Origin: Podarcis filfolensis
Taxonomy: Eukaryota
Reading direction: 5' to 3' (one strand)
Assembly: GCA_964270895.1 (NCBI GenBank)
Contig: OZ185435.1
DNA length: 64,000 nt
This document shows, piece by piece, positions 61,958 through 64,000 of this stretch (position 1 is its first letter; each line of letters starts with the position of its first letter). The notes beneath the pieces were generated by a model. It did no database searches and was not told the origin of the DNA. It was given only the letters and a program-made list of their open reading frames with translations. The translations under genes and the position numbers were made by a program.

Positions 61958-64000
61958 ATAGATAGTGTCACTGAGGATGAACTACTGAGCATACGAAAAA
62001 GTAGAATGGAACTTGTTAAACATTATCTTTCAAAACAAGACATTCATAAGATCTTCTTTCAGATGAAGTCATGAAAACTCAAGGAGATGGTCATTGATTC
62101 AAGAGACTAGCAAGTCCCCTTATCACAGATACACAAGCATTCACTTTAGGTACAAAGCATTCAAACCGTTCTGTTGAAATCAGTAGTTTCCAATTTGAGC
62201 ACATACTTAAATTTCTAAATAATCACCATTTGAGTTCAGTTTCACTTCATTCCTCTGAAGTTGATGACAGTTTCATATGTTTAAACTGGCAATTAAAGGA
62301 TTCAGAATTATTAATGAGAGGCTTAACAGTGGGATCTACTTTATATGTGATACCATACATTGGTCCCATACAAACAAATTCAAACCCACACAACTACATT
62401 ATCAGATTGTTAAAAAGATTGATGTGTGTGTAACTGACCCAACTGAAAACCTGACTGAGCCACCTCCTTTTTATACATTGCTGGCTGTACTAATTTCTTT
62501 TCCTTAAATCCTCAAACAGGTTAAGGTTGATGGGTCCAAAAAAGGATATTTAAATATATAGCCAGATAATGTTAGAAGTCCCACTGAAATCACTGGGTCT
62601 TAAATGCTTAACTTGTGATTAGGCCCTATTGATTTCAATGAAAACTAAACATGCTGCTTCGCTTCTACTTTATGTATCTGTCAAAATAATAAAGCTGGAG
62701 TTTGCATTTTGTAATCTGGGCTCCATGACCAACTTTGAATGCCTATGAAATAGTGCAAATGTTTTCCTCCTAGACATCACTGAAGACAAAACACTGCACT
62801 GTCTGCAAGGAATAACTCAAGCAGAGAAAACTGACATCTCTAACTTAGAAAGCACTTTTACAGCATGCCTTACAAAAGGCCCTTGGGCCCTGGTTAAACA
62901 ACAGCTGCTCAGACCCTATATATTCAGCTCAGCACAACCACAACCCATTTCATTAGCTGACCATTACTCAACCATTAAATCATAACATATAGCTTTCCTC
63001 TTAAACTTGAAATGTTTTGTATGTGAGGTGGGCAAGATACTCTCAGGTTAAGATGTAAAGATTTAGGAGAGAAATGAGGTACTGCCTACGCACTCGTGTT
63101 CACAAAACACCATTTCTTTTCATGGCCCCACCTCATGGCATACATGGTCACCGGCAGTCTGGCAATAGCAGTGGTTCTGTTGTTCCTCCTTGGTCTCACC
63201 ACAATCCCAGGGTGAAAATTGACTCCAAAGGGAGAGCAAAAGGAAGAACAGCACCAGGCACTGCTTGGCCTGTCCACTTGGGTTTAATTCCCACTATGAG
63301 AAGAATTTGGACAGGCAAGTATGAAGAGGAAAACACCAGGAGCTCACATTAGCCACTGCTACCCCACTGCATCAGACGCAGAGGAAGAGGGAACACAGGC
63401 CAACTTTCAGGGGTGCTGCTTGTCTTCCATACCAACACCACCCATCCCCAAACCAACAGCAGCAAGCCTGATGTCAGAGGTCAATGGTGTTTCAGCTGCT
63501 AGTGTGTGAACAATGTCAGATGCCCAGTGACACCAACTGCTGATGTTGTGTTGCCTGATGTTGTGTTGCTTTGGGTAGCCCAGCGAGTTCATTGTCAGCT
63601 TCCTGCTATCGCTCTCCAATCAGACAATGCTCAGCTTGGGAAGCAGAAGCAGAAGTCTGTCCTGGCCAGGTCATGTTCCACACACTGAAATAGCTCCATG
63701 TGTTAAGATCTGAAATGGCACAAATCCCTTTTCTTCAAACAAAAGTACCTGTTTATTCAGTGAGGATGACATTAGTGTTATGAAGTACACAAAACAAACT
63801 AAATACAACAAGCACTCTTAAGATGTACTTTATTTTTATTTTTTTAAAAAAATTAAGCTCAAATATACTCAAGGGTGTGTCTTGCTGAATCTTGGCCCCT
63901 TCCCTCTGTTGAAACTGTAGAAACGTACAAAAAATCCCAAGATTGGTATGACCCTTACAGGTCTCTGTTCAGTTACTGAGCAGAAGAAATGTCATAACAT

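Noticed and set aside
1-64000. Naming the host gene, or claiming a novel biological system
   Set aside because: No exon peptide or non-coding block could be matched to a gene I recognise. Every structure seen fits known element classes or remains an untested candidate.

Overview
This is non-coding vertebrate DNA, most likely from a squamate and probably a lacertid lizard, judged from three full-length Sauria SINEs, a Squam3-like SINE and reptile-type CR1/L2 LINEs. No complete host gene can be called. The only long ORF with recognisable homology is the reverse-transcriptase half of a young, 5'-truncated CR1 (9226-10305, minus). Much of the window is transposon-derived: CR1 and L2 fragments, five copies of one Tigger-like MITE, several hAT MITEs with 8-bp target-site duplications (TSDs), LTR-like elements, two Penelope-like remnants and microsatellites. 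There is one 129-N gap. Between the repeats lie complex, repeat-free blocks rich in POU, TALE and homeodomain motifs that look like conserved non-coding elements, plus several plus-strand short-exon candidates. Together these suggest an intron or regulatory region of a large gene that I cannot name. I found no CRISPR array and nothing I can honestly call a new biological system. The best leads are a minimal hammerhead-ribozyme motif in a Penelope-like remnant (49774-49813), 36-nt and 18-nt frame-preserving exon candidates (42374-42409, 16558-16575), an isolated 68-nt CpG-retaining hairpin (41527-41594) and a palindrome-rich enhancer/promoter-like block (25800-26760). Family names come from recalled consensus sequences, and conservation is inferred; no searches were run.
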